DNA from: Takakia lepidozioides
Lineage: Eukaryota > Plantae > Bryophyta
Length of the DNA stretch: 64,000 nucleotides
NCBI GenBank assembly: GCA_030704615.1
Contig: CM060732.1
Coordinates: 20,894,001-20,958,000, forward strand
Direction of reading: 5' to 3'
Part shown: positions 63,627-64,000 of the stretch, piece after piece
Position numbering within the stretch: the first letter of the stretch is position 1
How the letters are laid out: each line of letters starts with the position of its first letter
The notes under the pieces: generated by a model
What the model saw: the letters and a program-made list of their open reading frames with translations, nothing else
Told to the model about the DNA's origin: nothing
Databases searched by the model: none
Made by a program: the position numbers and the translations under genes

Positions 63627-64000
63627 CTGTGGCCAAGACCAACCACACCACAAATGGAATGTTTAATATCCAAAACCTCTGAGGGCAACCTGATCAGGAT
63701 GGGAAGTCAGAAACTAAAGCCAATACCAGGGCACTTCGACAGCCTCAACAATAGAATACAGTTACCATAAGATGAGTATTCTTACATCTCAGTCAACCAT
63801 CCCAAGCAATGCAGTATTTTTTTCTACCTTCACCTCAAGTATTTGATGAAAGAGCCAAGCCATTTGAAACTTGTTACTCATACATTGTAGAGTTTCTTTC
63901 TGTGTCATGTCTCACTCACTTTTCCAATTCAAGGGGACCAGGGGCAGTGGGGAGGCAAGCTGAATTCGCTCCTACTTTCTATCTCCGATGGAGTTTGTAT

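Overview
Eukaryotic, land-plant-type genomic DNA (spliceosomal introns, plant GH3 and RPN11 genes; the species cannot be determined from the sequence). The host scaffold is a tandem cluster of GH3 acyl-acid amido synthetase paralogs: a pseudogene at 1483-4227, apparently intact copies at 33208-37145 and 53815-57146, a minus-strand copy running off the right edge, and an exon-1 relic. A 6-exon RPN11 gene lies among them. The intergenic space is filled with nested transposons: two Ty1/copia elements, a hAT transposase relic, a TTAA-flanked piggyBac-like MITE, and two unusual large elements that each carry a DNA methyltransferase. (1) A 13.4-kb Mutator-like element (38956-52310, 9-bp TSD) encodes a MULE/SWIM transposase. 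Divergently from it, an intron-containing gene fuses a ParB/Srx-like domain to a prokaryote-type beta-class N6-adenine/N4-cytosine methyltransferase. Its non-coding DNA carries about 35 copies of the 16-bp palindrome ATTTCGGCGCCGAAAT, suggesting a self-targeting epigenetic (anti-silencing) system. (2) An 11.9-kb Ty3/gypsy-type retroelement (12520-24379) has a DNMT3-like C5 methyltransferase between protease and RT and a PHD finger after integrase. It also has a self-complementary (Tf1-like) priming site, a permuted A...B-A-B terminal-repeat structure suggesting integration from a 2-LTR circle, an extra intact ORF, and an antisense mosaic of captured host mRNA fragments (RPS7, ClpP5, THI1). Both large elements are heavily frameshifted in this sequence, through decay or consensus errors. 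Domain calls come from motif recognition by eye, not database searches.
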